Positions 1-14,558 of a DNA stretch of 64,000 nt are shown here, in pieces; the stretch's first letter is position 1; each line of letters begins with the position of its first letter. The position numbers were made by a program, and so were the translations under genes. The notes below the pieces were generated by a model. It did not search any database, was not told the origin of the DNA, and saw only the letters and a program-made list of their open reading frames with translations. Source of the DNA: Chrysomallon squamiferum (lineage: Eukaryota; Animalia; Mollusca); assembly GCA_012295275.1 (NCBI GenBank), contig CM022671.1, positions 11,718,001 through 11,782,000 of the forward strand. The letters are read 5' to 3'.

Positions 1-1664
1 TGATTTTCGTGGTGACAGGGTCAGTGTTATATTATCATCGTGACATTGTGGCCGCTGGAACCGAGAAGTCGGTGACAACAACAGCGTGTATTAAAACGTC
101 GATAAACATCTGCTGGACTGGCTAAACCTGCTTTGTTGTGGTCACAACCGGCTGCGACTGACCTTGATAACTGACACACTGGGAACTGTACAGATCACGT
201 TACTGTCAGCTTTTACTAGTAACTTTGTTTTACGTTATTTAGTTGCTGCTTATCGTAAAATGCAATGGCTAATTTGTTCGTGGCTTACTCAGGAAATGAA
301 ATCTGAAACTGTATATAATAGTACTGCTATTCATTCATACATTTTAATATATATCTATATATATATATATATATAAAAATTTCAGACATTTTTCTTTGAA
401 TATGTATATAATTTTTTGTTATTTGTTGGTGTTTTGGTTATTGTTGTTATGTTATTTGTTTTTGTGTTTTTTTTCTTGATATACTTTTTTGTTTTGTTGT
501 TTTGTTCTTCCTTTTATGTTGGTTATTCATGGGGTATTAAGTTGCTGCTTCTACTGTTGTTGTTGATGATAATTCTGTTATTGTTTTAGTAACACTGTAA
601 CTTGCTATATGAATAAACCATTAGCATGTCTGTTTCCCATCTTATCTATTTTTCTAATACATATATATATTGATTCTTGTGTTAATGGGGAACTGTAGGA
701 GATAAGGAATTTTATTAATGTTTGTTACGTTCTTGGAACGGGAAATGCCGGAATGTTTTCGTAGCAACAACTTTCCGCATTGCAGATGACATTCTATCAC
801 TCAGTTAATCTTGCACTCTAAATGTGGGGTGACTTTATCGGAGATCAATATCAAACGACAATTTTCTTCCCGTTTCAGTTGTTTCCCTTCTTGGTTTTAG
901 CAAACTGCATCCCGTTTAGGTGTGTTGCCGCTAGTAAACCAGTGTACGTGATATGGAAGCACTTTCCTGTAAATCTGAAATAAGCAGCACATCGATCACG
1001 TACATAGTATTATAAGACAACTTCCATTTACAGAAATAAATTCTCCTGTTTACCCTTTCTTATTCCATTTCCTTTATGTCACGGTGACTAGTCTGAGTGG
1101 TATTAATATCTAAAATTTGGCTCGTCCCGTCTAAAGGGTAGCAGACTATAATAGCGTCACCTGACAAGGTGTTAATTATCTGAGACAGCTTAAACTACTA
1201 AATGACTATTCTGTATCCCACTAGAGAACAATAACACAGACATGAATTCAGTATGTATAATTGTTATATACATATGTTGTTTACACAAATTAACCCTAAA
1301 GGGTGATATATAGTTATACAGTTAAAATCATACGATTCGACGATACGCTATCTTAAATCATTCAATATGTATGTTACATATATAAAACATTAAAATATAT
1401 TTACCATTGTCTGCGTTTTCCTTTGTCTTGTGCAGACGGCCCACACAGACTCTCAAGAAGGGCACTGGTCAAACAGATCTCGTTCAAAACGCGTGCCGCT
1501 ACGCATATACCAATCGCTCGGGTGTTCAGTCTACACCTCTGCAGATAGCCTTTCTGACTTTACTTTGCAGCTTTTATTACCAATTTTGAGTTTGTTAAAA
1601 CCCAGTGTTTCTTAGTTTATTAAATAACGGAATTTCTACTAATTACATAATACAGCTTCTAAAT

Positions 1665-1666
<2 letters not shown>

Positions 1667-1745
<79 letters not shown>
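1667..1745. repeat. (TC)n microsatellite
   Basis: Perfect dinucleotide run. Confidence 0.95.
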
Positions 1746-1749
<4 letters not shown>

Positions 1750-4301
1750 ATGTGAGAATGTATGTGTGTGTATATGTTACCGAGTCTAGTGCATAGAAAT
1801 AACCATAAATCCCAAATAACCTCTCTTCAAATTTAATAACTGGCAATGATTAATAATATCACAGTGTATGACAAACGATGTTGTGGATTTTCTGAATGTA
1901 GCCTATGAACATTTTACAAAGTCAGCATCTAGAATTGATAATAACAATAACATTTTAATATCTGTCTGTCTGTCTATGTATCTATTGTCTGTTTATACAT
2001 CTCATCTATCTATCTATCTGCCTATCACTCTGTCTGTATATCTGTCTATCTGTCTACCTGTCTATAGGTATTTGTCTTTTTGTACATCTATCTGTCTGGC
2101 TGTATATATATCTGTCTACATGTATATCGATGGATTGACAGAAAAACAGACAGGCGGATATTAAATGCATACATGTTCCTATGATTACATAATTTCAGGT
2201 TAATTCTGTGTGCGCCCTCGTGAGTTCAGAAGTATCAAATTTCCTACGATATCTCGACAACACGAGCAATAAATCAAACTAAAAATCACCTTCCTGAGTG
2301 CTGGAATAGGTCAACGCTAAGTGTTTGTTTACATTAATATTAATAAACACTACACAGTAACTCGTATCTAGTTTGCAGTGCGGGCTCTGCTTCAGTGTAA
2401 GCAAACTAACGTTGTAGGACCAGTTCCTCTCGGTCTTAAGTTTTTTTTTTTTTTTTTTTTTGGTTGGTGTTGTGCCTTCCTATTTAGCTGGTGTTCCTTA
2501 ACTGAAATAACTGTGTTTATTTTATTATTTAATTGTCTAATAAAAATTATACGGAGTTAAAAGATATTACTAAAGATCTAGCATGGTATATAAAGTTTTC
2601 TTTCTTTCTTTCTTTCTTTATTTATTTCCTTTCATTCTTTGTTTCTTCTTTTTCTTCTCCTTTTTGTTACGTGTTTTTTTTTTTTTTTTTTTTTTTTTTT
2701 TACGATTATTCTTATTTCGTTTTTTCTTCATATTTGTTTTGTTTTGTTTGTTTGTTGTCTTTTGTTGCTGTTGTTTAGTTTGTTTGTTTTTACTATCTAT
2801 TGCTCGCTTCTCGATTTTCCTGAAATGATTTTTCTTCATATTTGTTATTTTTTTTGTCTTTTGTTTTTTTCAGTTTAATTTTTATTATTACTAATTTTTG
2901 TTAACTGTCAAACACTAATCAGACATTATTAACCTCTATTATCTACTGCATACATAGATTTAACCTTTCTCTCTTTCTTTCTCTTGTGAATTCGCAAATA
3001 ATTTGTCGACTGGTATCTGTTGTTCTGGGAAAAGTCTTAAACATGACATACTCTCGGCGTAGCATCTGGAAAATGTCAGGTCAGCCTCGGAGATTTAAGA
3101 AAGATTAATTATTGCACAAAAATAAGATTAATGGAGTTAAAATATCTTTGAGTTTGCGAAGAAGGATCGAGTTTTTTTTACGGTGAACTAAGAAATACTG
3201 GATATCCTGGTGTTGTAATTAGTAAAAATCATGAAGATGATAGTAAAAATTACAGATCTTTTAATAATGATATATTTGTTTGTTTTTAAATAAATAAATA
3301 AAAAATATATCTCGTTATAATGAAAAATGAAATACATGTATATTTTTTCAAATTAAAAGAAACCCTAAAAACGTATAATTTCGAGGCTGATAGTTCAAAA
3401 CTATAACTGGAAATTAATTAACATAACTAATACAACGTTAATTAATATTACAAACACAACATCAATTCATTATGCGGACAAAGCATATGTGTTTCACAAA
3501 TTTTCTGTAAAGCCATGAACATATTTATTTCCCTTTTATTTAGAAACTATATCAGGGTTGACACTTTATATATCTGTGACACATCTGTTGCGAAATTCTA
3601 GATCCGCTCCTGTGAATAGCGAGCATAATGCTGCGTAGTTAAAACTGAGATAAAATCTTGAGTGAGATCCTTACAAAAAATATGAGTCTACAGCGAAAGT
3701 GAAAATAAATTCTTCATTGATTTGTCCAGGGAATTAAATTATTTTACTATAAATACACTGGTGGAAAATAAACTCAATCATAAATAATCTGGTATCCGTA
3801 TGGATAATTTAATATGATCTGTAATTCATTAGCATACAAAGGTAAACAAATTTTATACTTGACAAGTTGTTTCAGTGGTAGGTCTGACTGAAGGTGCAAA
3901 ACAAAAATATTAATAACTGCAGAAGTAAACATTTCTGTTAATTAAGTTGCTGGCTCCTTCTGTTTGTTTGCAATTAGCATTAAAAGAAATGTTTGTTAGT
4001 ACGTTGTCCAGATGTTTGTTTCTTTCAAATGATGGTTGGTTGTTTTTGTTTGTTTTTTTTCTTTCTTGTTTTAATGAAACTTACATCGAACACAAAGAAG
4101 CGGCTCTCTCCGTTTTCTGAATATTCGAAAGAAAGATGATAATGACACAGGGTAATATTGAATGACTTTTTTTTATTTTTTTTTTAAAGATAATTAATAC
4201 TAGCCCAGATGACTAAAATACTTCTAAGCAAAATACTGAATAGCATAAAAATGTCTTGAGGGGAAACTTCTTAATCTTTCATTGCCTTTATTCTTCTTTT
4301 T

Positions 4302-4341
<40 letters not shown>

Positions 4342-5920
4342 CTGAATGAAAATTCTGTATGAAAAAAATGAAGCAAAAAATGTATTAAACCGAAATGAAG
4401 ATGTGTTTTACTTTTTATGAATTTTATAATTAAGCTATTTCTAACTGTCGTCTGATCTTTCGCAGTTAGTCTGTAAAAGAAATGGAATATTTTATTGTCC
4501 TGGATATTGATTAATCAATAATAAATCGGTGTTGTATACGAGTACGGCCATTTTGTAGACGTCACTTCCGTTTAAAAAGAACATTTTTGGAAATATTTTT
4601 TTCAAGGATTTGCAGATAACAAATACTGAAGCAAATTTGGAATGGGAATTATTTTATTCTAATTACTGGAATTTTTAATCAGGCAAATAGTTGATTTTCG
4701 CCACATTCAGTTTTGATAAATATATATATAAAGACATTTCCTCAGTAACTGTTAGCTGAGCACATACCAACAGTGTGACTGTTGTTGGAGCGTGGAAACA
4801 GATTCTCGAGTCATATTTACACAGTAATTTATCAACACTTATTTTGTATAGAGAATTATAGAAGTTTAACTACCCGCCCTGTTAACATTCAAAATGAATG
4901 TAAAATATGTATGTGTAAAATCGACGAAACATATGTGATATCGATTACAAACGTCATATCGACAAAGAGTGCCTTTAACCGTCCTTTGTGATTGATTAAT
5001 ACTTTGACGCTGTCACTTCTTGTTCACCCTGCCTTCTGTGGTAAAACCGATTATTACAGTACACATGAATATTCATAAGTCACAGTACTTGTAGAACTCT
5101 AAGTGATAAGCTTTTTCGCCTCGTTGCCTTCGTATACAGGATACGTTTTCTAAGGAAAGAACATTTGTGTAATCTACCTTTACGGCCAACTTGAGGTCAA
5201 TTAAATATTTTAAGATCTAGATGCTGTGTTATTTGTAGAATTTTTCCCGTCTTGAGATTATACGGTATTGCTATTTTCTGACGTCTGTGATTAAATGTAT
5301 CAAATAAATAAATGCTCTGAACACACCACTTACACACATCCATCCATAATATTATATATATTACAATCCATATGTCAGTTAAAAGATATACACTCATTTA
5401 TCTCATATTTCAGTCTCTCAGAGCTATAAACGAAGACGAGTGCAAAACCAAAACCAAAGCGAGAAATGGAGGTTACAACAGAGAATTAGAAACTAGCACA
5501 TGAAATGTGATATTGCGGTATTTTAAATAGTAATATACGGTACACATTAAATTGCGTTATCGTTAAACATGTAACTCGTGATTGTGATTATTCAGGTTAA
5601 CACAGTTTTTGTCTCTCACCACCACGCTATCAAACACTGCATTGCAGGTCTGACAACAGCACAGTCTGTTTTCTATCACATGATTTTGTTTTCTCCATGC
5701 GCTGAACCGAAATATGTATGAAGATAACAAGAAATAAATATTAATAATATAATTATACACAGCGATATACTTTATACGCAAGAAATTCCATGCAAGAGCC
5801 TTATTAAAAATTATATGTTTAAGAAATTATAAAAATATAAGTAATCAGGTCTATTATACGTTTGTAAACACCTAAATAGAGAGTCCAGTATACTCCACAA
5901 ATTTACATACCAACAGGCAT

Positions 5921-6022
<102 letters not shown>

Positions 6023-6061
6023 CACCTCCAGCGTGGACAAAGAGAGAGAGTAAACATATGA

Positions 6062-7028
6062 ACAAATATAAACACATACATACAGTCACAGAACACGTGT
6101 AATGGTTACGTAAACACTTGAGTACAAATATAAACACATACATACAGTCACAGAACACGTGTAATGGTTACGTAAACACTTGAGTACAAATATAAACACA
6201 TACATACAGTCACAGAACACGTGTAATGGTTACGTAAACACTTGAGTACAAATATAAATACATACATACAGTCACAGAACACGTGTAATGGTTACGTAAA
6301 CACTTGGATGATACAGTCACAGAACACGTGTAATGGTTACGTAAACACTTGAGTACAAATATAAACACATACATACAGTCACAGAACAGAATGGTTACGT
6401 AAACACTTGAGTACAAATATAATGGTAATGGTTACGTAAACACCTGAGTATAAATATAAACACATATATACAGTCACAGAACACGTGTAATGGTTACGTA
6501 AACACCTGAGTATAAATATAAACACATACATACAGTCACAGAACGTGTAATTGTTACGTAAACAAATATAAACACATACATACAGTCACAGAACACGTAA
6601 ATGGTTATAAACACTTGAACAAATATAAACACATACATACAGTCACAGAACACGTGTAATGGTTACGTAAACACTTGAGTACAAATATAAACACATACAT
6701 ACAGTCACAGAACACGTGTAATGGTTACGTAAACACTTGAGTACAAATATAAACACATACATACAGTCACAGAACACGTGTAATGGTTACGTAAACACTT
6801 GAGTACAAATATAAACACTTACATACAGTCACAGAACACGTGTAATGGTTACGTAAACACTTGAGTACAAATATAAACACTTGAGTACAAATATAAACAC
6901 ATACATACAGTCACAGAAGACGTGTAATGGTTACGTAAACAATGGTACAAATATTTTCACAGAAATAATGGTTTAAACATCTTGAGATACATACAGTCAC
7001 AGAAGACGTGTAATGGTTACGTAAACAA
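6062..7028. repeat. Minisatellite, 62-bp unit, roughly 15 full or partial copies
   Basis: Unit ACAAATATAAACACATACATACAGTCACAGAACACGTGTAATGGTTACGTAAACACTTGAGT starts at 6062, 6124, 6186, etc.; degenerate in the middle and at the end. Confidence 0.95.
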
Positions 7029-9565
7029 TGGGTTTTTAATGTTACATCGAGATATATATCAGACTGTGTCGTCAAGCTATAGTTACAGTTTTCAAATATA
7101 CACATACACGTAAGTTATTTATAGATCAGTCAGTCAGTCACGTATGCAAGATTTAAATACATAATAATTACCAACAGCATAATATTTAATTTTATATGTT
7201 GTTTTTTCTGCCTTTTATGTATTTATTTATTTATTTTTTTTTTTTTTAATGTTAACTTGAAAATATTCATTAAAATTCAACTGCTGGACATTTATTATTT
7301 TATTTGTATGCCTAAAATGTCAGTGTATGAAATTTACGTATAGCTTAACGTAATCTTATTTTACATTTGTATTTTTCTCCTTTATTTAATTTAATTACAT
7401 GTGTGCTAATGTGCTATCTCTGTACGTCAGTGCGACTGTGTATCTGTATGGGTTAAATGAAATCTGAAAAACAAAAATTTCCATTTTTTTTATGTATGTG
7501 TGCAACCTCCTGTCAGTGTACATACACTGACAGTGTGATAGAGAACAGTCAGAGAATGCTGATGATACATTATTGAGATTACAGATAATTAAATCAACAT
7601 ATATATATATATATATATAATGATATATACACATTTATGCATAAATTGATATACATAAACATTCATACAAACCTCACACACAAACACAGACATACATACA
7701 ACGCTTTACAGATTATGTGTGTGTGTGTGTGTGTGGGAGAGAGATACATAAAGGATATATAGACACTGGGATAGACGATATAGAAAGACTTACACGGAAA
7801 GATAATCTCAGAGGGACAAACAAAACAAAACAAATCATAGACAAAATGGTGTTACATAGAGACATGCAAAAAGATGATATACAGAGACATGAAGAGAATA
7901 ATTTATACTAATAAATATGAAGAGGACGAAGACAAACTGACAATAAGAAAAACTGGAATACAGATATTTTATTTTATTTGATTGTATTTGTTTGTTTATT
8001 TATTTATCTTTCTTCTGTCACCAGACGACAGTATAATATAGATATGTGTTTGTCTAACATCAATATACCCTGTCAGGTTAGCGATGAGTAGCGTCACGCC
8101 TTTAGTCACGCCTTTAGTAACCTGAACCGTTGTTATAAATATAGACGTATCCAACGCTGATGTCATCTTTTCCCCGTTTGGCTCAGCGGTGTCATCACGT
8201 CCTCTAGAAACACGCCCGTATTAAATGATCGTAACACGTAATATATTATTTTGTGTTATTTTAATAGTTTTCAGAGAATCAGTCTTAACAAACTGTAATA
8301 TGTAAACGTGCATGTGTGTCATTTAGGATGTACCGTTAGTTCGTGTTTTGTTTTTGTTTGTAAATAGAAGTCTTCTCTGACTAGTTGTTAAAATGTGATG
8401 GTCCGCTGAACGTAACTGAGCGGTCATTTTCACCATCAAGACATAACCCATCCGGTTCGAGTCAGTCTTTATCTTAAACTGCGCACATAAAAGGAGAACG
8501 ATGAAAAAAGCCTAAAATCGATCTCATAGTTTGTCGAGTTATCGTTTAGAGCCTCATACATGGCCTACAAAACAGGTTCTTTCAATCTGTTTGACCCACA
8601 TATGCAATCTTTGTGCGAGGATTGGGTCTGTGCCAGGTCAAACTGAATCCCCCTCCATATACCACCAAACAAACTGCAATAAACGCTAAAGGTCATAATT
8701 ACGTATTCTTTTGTTTACCAGAATTATGTAACTTTTTTTTTCAAATACAATGCTTAAACACTATACTGAAATAATTATTCATACCCCACTAGAAATAAAT
8801 ATAAAGAAATGTCAGTGGCAAATGTGCTGGACTATCCCTGCCAGTAAATGAAGAACCACTCCCTTTGAAAACGTCGGGTTCGCCACGGAATACGGGACTG
8901 TAGTGCAGTTTACAACTCCACGTAACAACGGAAATATTTTTAGGAGAAAATAAAAAAAATTCTCAGGATCTAAATTGGTTAGATAATAACCACTGATAAA
9001 CAGGAAAGAGTTTCCTTTTTTAACGGCTGCTTTGCTGAAACCTCTTACTCTGGTACAGATGAATAATGTATGTGTGTTTGGTGTCTGTTAATATATGTGT
9101 AACCAAGTGCATATATCATTATCTGTCAACGTGCATTACGTCACTTTTGTATCTTTTAATGTCTATTTATGACTTGCTGAATATCTGTAATTACGTATGT
9201 CTAGTGTTGGATATATATATATATATATATATATGTCTATGAAAGTAGCCTATATGTACAGTTAGTTACAACTGAGTCATCCAATATTGTCCGGGAAACC
9301 CTTTAGATCGGATAAATTTATGACCGCATATTTATGTTTAATCCTTTTCTTTTTTCTTTTTTTTTAAATTATTAATAATATGATTTTATTGATGCAGCCA
9401 GGAACAATAAACATATCCAATATTATTTAAATTAATATGTTTCATTTAATTATTTAGTTGCTAGGATATATATCACTGAATTATAAATACGGGACCACTT
9501 ATAGTCCGAAGAGATAGATAATAAGGAATGGCTACGGAATCAAGGATTTAGGAAAATGGGTGGTG

Positions 9566-9568
<3 letters not shown>

Positions 9569-9637
<69 letters not shown>
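9569..9637. repeat. (TG)n microsatellite
   Basis: Perfect dinucleotide run. Confidence 0.95.
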
Positions 9638-9638
<1 letters not shown>

Positions 9639-10400
9639 TTTTCGGAAAATGCCAGCTGAAAAAGAACTAGAAAACAAAAATTATTATATTTTTTCGTACA
9701 AGCGAGTTGTATCCCATCTCATTAAGTTAATCATATTAAATTTCACGATAACAGCTGACATACAGCTTAATACGACTTTCTGACTTAAACCTGCAGTAAA
9801 AACGTAGCTGGGCAACAACACCTCACAGAGCAGCACTGACAGTTATTTTGTGGCAGTTAGAGTTCGTATAATAACTAATAATCATGACTACGTTTGTTCT
9901 AAACCCAAAAAAAATATATTAGTTTTTATTTTATATCAATTTTGATACACATGCACACTGTTAATCGGTGTCTGCGGGAATTTTTTCCAAAATTGTTTAG
10001 GTCCATAAACGATAATAGCATAGTATGACAAATTATAACTTAATTATTCATATTATTTAATACTTAAAAAAGACCAGACAAAAAAATTTATATTAACAGA
10101 TTTGTTATTATTTAATCTTGTTATTTTATAATATACACATTTATTTTTTATTATCTAACTTAATTCATTAAAATTGTCACTGCACGATTTATATGAATGA
10201 CGAAAATCTGTGAGGGATATAAAATTTGGTATTTATTGAATCGTATCTTTAAAAAAAAATTGTAAAACTGACATAAACCAAAAATATGAGAGCACCAAAT
10301 AATGCATACCCTCTCTCTAAAGTACGGTTATCAAAATTCGTACGAAAGTTATTGTTTCAACCCACGTGCTTTCTGTTTGTGTTGCTGAGAGACCTTACAA

Positions 10401-10432
10401 GTCACGTGATGTGACGTCACTTTATTTCCGCC
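10401..10432 (+). promoter_or_regulatory. Probable YPEL proximal promoter: extended E-box (GTCACGTGAT) adjacent to a palindromic CRE (GTGACGTCAC), followed by TTTCCGCC
   Basis: Motifs read directly at 10401-10420 and 10425-10432, in a locally CpG-retaining patch ~170 bp before a consensus splice donor at 10590. Confidence 0.65.
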
Positions 10433-10439
10433 AGCAGGA

Positions 10440-10589
10440 AAAAGATAAACATTGGACGGACAGATCCGCAACGACAGCTACAAAGAGGAACATATTCGCT
10501 CATTTTCTACCCGTACTTCATTGTCATTTTTAATCAGTTTCTGGGTTTTAAATATCAGTTTGGATTGATGTTGAGAACAGTGTTACGAG
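10440..10589 (+). other. Probable non-coding first exon of YPEL (start approximate), splicing to the acceptor ending at 15997
   Basis: Donor GAG|GTAAGT at 10589/10590. Polypyrimidine acceptor tttctactttcag ends at 15997, upstream of the ATG at 16244. CpG-poor sequence begins shortly downstream of this exon. Confidence 0.6.
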
Positions 10590-13500
10590 GTAAGTGAATT
10601 ACTGCGTTATTTGGAAACAAAACCATATAAATTTTGATCGCTCGAAGTCAGCTGTTTCGCCTAGCTCTTTAGCAAGTGCATGCAGATCAAAACAAAGCAC
10701 AATATTGTTGTGGAAAATGGTGTTTACCTTATTTATTGCGAGGCGATCTTTAGAAGCTTAATATAAATAGATATACGTCGAACAGAACGCATATATTATA
10801 AAATTATATTGCAAAATGGTTATTTTATGTTGATATAAACAATGACCTTTGTTAAGCGCGCGAGTTTATGTGAGGACATTGGATGTAAATTAACCGTCAG
10901 TTTCGTAAAAAAAAAAAAAAAAAAGAAGAAGAAGAAATAGACTACATTCCATGTTCATTTTTTACTCTTTTTTTTGTTGTAAACAATGTTTTTTTAATTA
11001 ATTATTTATTGTTTTTATGTTTTTTCAGTCATGATTGCTCTTACAGAGTTAAGTAAATGTATCTTGTCAGATAAAGTGCCAGGATGTGTATGATCTATCG
11101 TCTGCTTTGATCGATCGACCTGGTTTTTGAAGTTTTGTGGATATAATTAGTTTACTGCGCAAATTACAGCTTATATCCATTTTCTTACTAACACATCCCT
11201 AAAGAACATTATATGTATCGACCTTCACTATATTATTAGTTCAGTTTCAGCAGCCAGAATTGAACAAGGATGGAGTCATTTAAATTGTGATGTAACGAGC
11301 CATGTTTTCTTTGTTCATTTACCTCGGACGTTCTTTGTCTCATTTGTCACATTATGTACTTCCAGTTTTTTTCCTCCTTTATCTTAGATTTGTAACATAA
11401 AACTTTTGACTATTAAAACCTATAGCTTTGTATTATTACTATTTTTTCATTTTATTATTTTAATCTTTTTTCTTTTGAAATGATAACATAAGATAAATAC
11501 AAAATATTTTTTATTTTATATATATATAACAAATAGCAAAAACGAAAATAATGATTTCTGTTTAAATAACTAGTAAATAAATTTTAATAACATTACTTAA
11601 TAATAGTGGACATTTGTATTTTGACTGCTGTTCACTCTGAGTATGAAAGCATTTTCACCAACTTGTGTTTTTTCATACTCATTATAATATAAAAAGTATT
11701 TATTTTTATAATATTTTATTTTAATATTAAATATTATTACCATAATATGTCTTTTCTAAATTTGTATTGATATTGTTTTTGAGTCATTGTGACATTTATA
11801 GATTTTGTAAAAATATATATAAAAAAAGTTGGAAAATATTGTGGAATGTTGATATTATTCAAAATGAATTATAATCATTTTAGTAATGTTTATTGATACA
11901 AGTAGAGAGGTGTCTAGAATTAGATGTCAGAGTTAAATATTTTATTCTAATTGTAGGAAAAGAAATGAAAAATAGCACTCATTATTTAATTTCATAGTTA
12001 CATACACATAGATACAAAAACATATACACATATATACACAAAGGAAAAGAAAATTCTTTAGGAATGTTGGATAACACAAACATATTTTCTTTTAAAATGT
12101 TAAACTTTTTGGTTTTAATTGGCTGTAAAGTCCCAGTTTGTATGAAAAGAATATAAATTATAAAGGAAAGGAGGCAACAGAAATATTATTTATCATAGAA
12201 ATTGATAATCATTATAAATAAATAAGGAATTTATACTTGTAGTTATAGTAAGATGTTTTATTTTAAAAATGCAAATGACATTCCTTTTTTTTTTTACTTT
12301 AAAAAAACATTTATGTTTTATGATAATGTTAACTGATTACTTTATCAAAAACCAGCATATACTCTCAATACACAGATGGCCACTCTTTGTCATATTTGAT
12401 AAATTGTGTCTTAGGCTAAAATCAAAAATGTTGGTTTTTAACCATTTGTATTTCACTAATGTGAGTTTTAAGACAACCTACTTACTGTTGAGCATGCATC
12501 AAAAGGTCATCACACTTGTTAACCTCTCACCACTTTATTTTTAACTTTCATGTTATGTACTTTACTTTCAAGGCAAGCAAGTATTAAGAGTGTATTGAAA
12601 GGTTCCAATCAGTATGGATTCTGGACTAGGATGTGAATCCATTGCAAAATATCAACACAAGGCAGACGACAGAGTTTGTTTACACTCAGTCTGCCTTTAA
12701 TGTCACATGATAGATCTGGTTGAAATGTCCCAGATTTGAAAGTGTCACCCCACTGTTCATTAAAAAAGGTGAATTATCCATTTCTGTTATCAAGTAACAT
12801 GGAACCTTGGATTTTCCAGATACCTTTACCTAATAATTGAACTATACAGGGTGCAGTTTTTTGTCTGCAGCAGTTGCCTTTGTCATTTGTACAGTGTCAG
12901 TTTTCTGTAGTGCATATAGTTGAGGCTCTACAGGATGGATTTGCATTTAGTGAATACATATTTAATATATTTATTTAAACTAGCATTGTCTTCATTATTA
13001 ATTATAAGTAAACACATTTGTATTTGATGCTGAAAATACTTTTATTTTTTACTATGTAGTTTTCACAATAATTCATACTGTTAATGGAAATAAAATGACA
13101 TGTCAGTATGAAAATAATAACAACAAATCTAACAGATAAAACTGTTTTCCAACCCAAAATTTCATACTGACTTCTCCTTGTGTAAAACAGTGTGACCTTT
13201 AAAGCTGTTCTCAGGTTTATTTGGTTTGCCATAACCTGATGATCAATACAACCTGAATTCTCTTTTGTTCTTAAACAAAGAATTCTTAGACACTTTTAAT
13301 ATATTCATTAACTCAGTGTCAAAATATATCATCATGATCATAATATAGCTTATTTTAAATAAGAATGGAAACAGTAAAATAAATGTTTCTTCACTTTGTG
13401 ACTGAACTGTTCTATTTCTAATACATGTTGTAGTTCTACCGAGAACTGCATGTGTTTGGATTGGTATTGATTTTTATATCTCAAGATATTCAGATGAAGT

Positions 13501-14511
13501 ATTGGGTAAATCCCAGCCAGTTTGTCAGTGTTTTTCTATTTGTTGGTACATACATGCATGCAGTATGATATAATGTGAATGAAGATTTTTTATTTTTTTT
13601 TGCAAAGACCTTTAACATGCTTGTAATACTAGATGATAGTAGATTTCTTACATGGTTATGTTATATTTTTATTTATCCAAAATTAACAGTATTACTTATT
13701 ATATTACAAACATTTTTCTGCAATAAAATATGTAACAGTAAGTTCTTAGATTAGCCATTATTTCTTAAGAATCTTTTTATTAAAATCAGATCTTAAAATA
13801 TAGGTTTTAAACAAATATTTTCAGATTTGCAACAAAATAAATAAAAGCATTTGCCAGTTACAGTTTTAATACAAGTCTGTATTAATCCTTTTCAAGCTAA
13901 AATATTTCCTTTTTCTAATCTAATTATCTCAGTATGTATTTTTAACCTTTCCATGTTACCTGGATTAGATACAAAAAAAAAAAAAAAAAAAAAATGTATG
14001 AGATGTACAAATTTTAATAATATTTTTTTTATATTATTATTTTTTAAAAAACATGTTAATGGTTTGACATTTCATGGCTGTTACTATTGCAGCTTCTGTC
14101 AGTTTTTAGAAAGTGACAATGATAATTATTATGAATTAATATGTTATCATTTATATGGTGTGTGTGTGTAATAAATATCTGTAATATCTAATTATATTAA
14201 TTATATTTTAAAACTAAAGTTTCTACATTAGTTCTTATAAAGTTTGAACTGATCGTGTTTAAAAAGTGTGCATGGCTTCTTTATTATATTTACTGAAATA
14301 ACAATTGTTGGTTAATCAACAGATTATTAAATATCACAATATATTTTTCCTTGATATGATTCTTAACATCTACTTTGTATCAGTATTGAACAAATAAAAT
14401 TTGTGAATCTATTCAAAAATATTTTTTTTATTGTATCAGTGTTTGTATTTATGACTCACACTGACACATTTTGTCTCTTTGTCCCCTTCTGAAAAAACAC
14501 TGAAGAATCAC

Positions 14512-14558
<47 letters not shown>

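Noticed and set aside
1-240. CpG-containing stretch with a short open frame (IFVVTGSVLYYHRDIVAAG...CWTG*, ending at 125)
   Set aside because: No recognisable homology, and it is truncated by the window edge. It could be a terminal exon or a UTR on either strand, so I cannot support a call.
1605-2878. ORFs rich in SLSL, ERER, FFFF, IIII or CVCV here and throughout the track
   Set aside because: Translations of microsatellites and homopolymer runs.
3596-3613. CTAGATCCGCTCCTG resembling a MITE terminal inverted repeat
   Set aside because: I found no matching partner end.
8179-8464. Pol III A-box-like TGGCTCAGCGG (8179) and B-box-like GGTTCGAGTC (8454) suggesting a tRNA or SINE
   Set aside because: The boxes are ~265 bp apart and I could not fold a cloverleaf.
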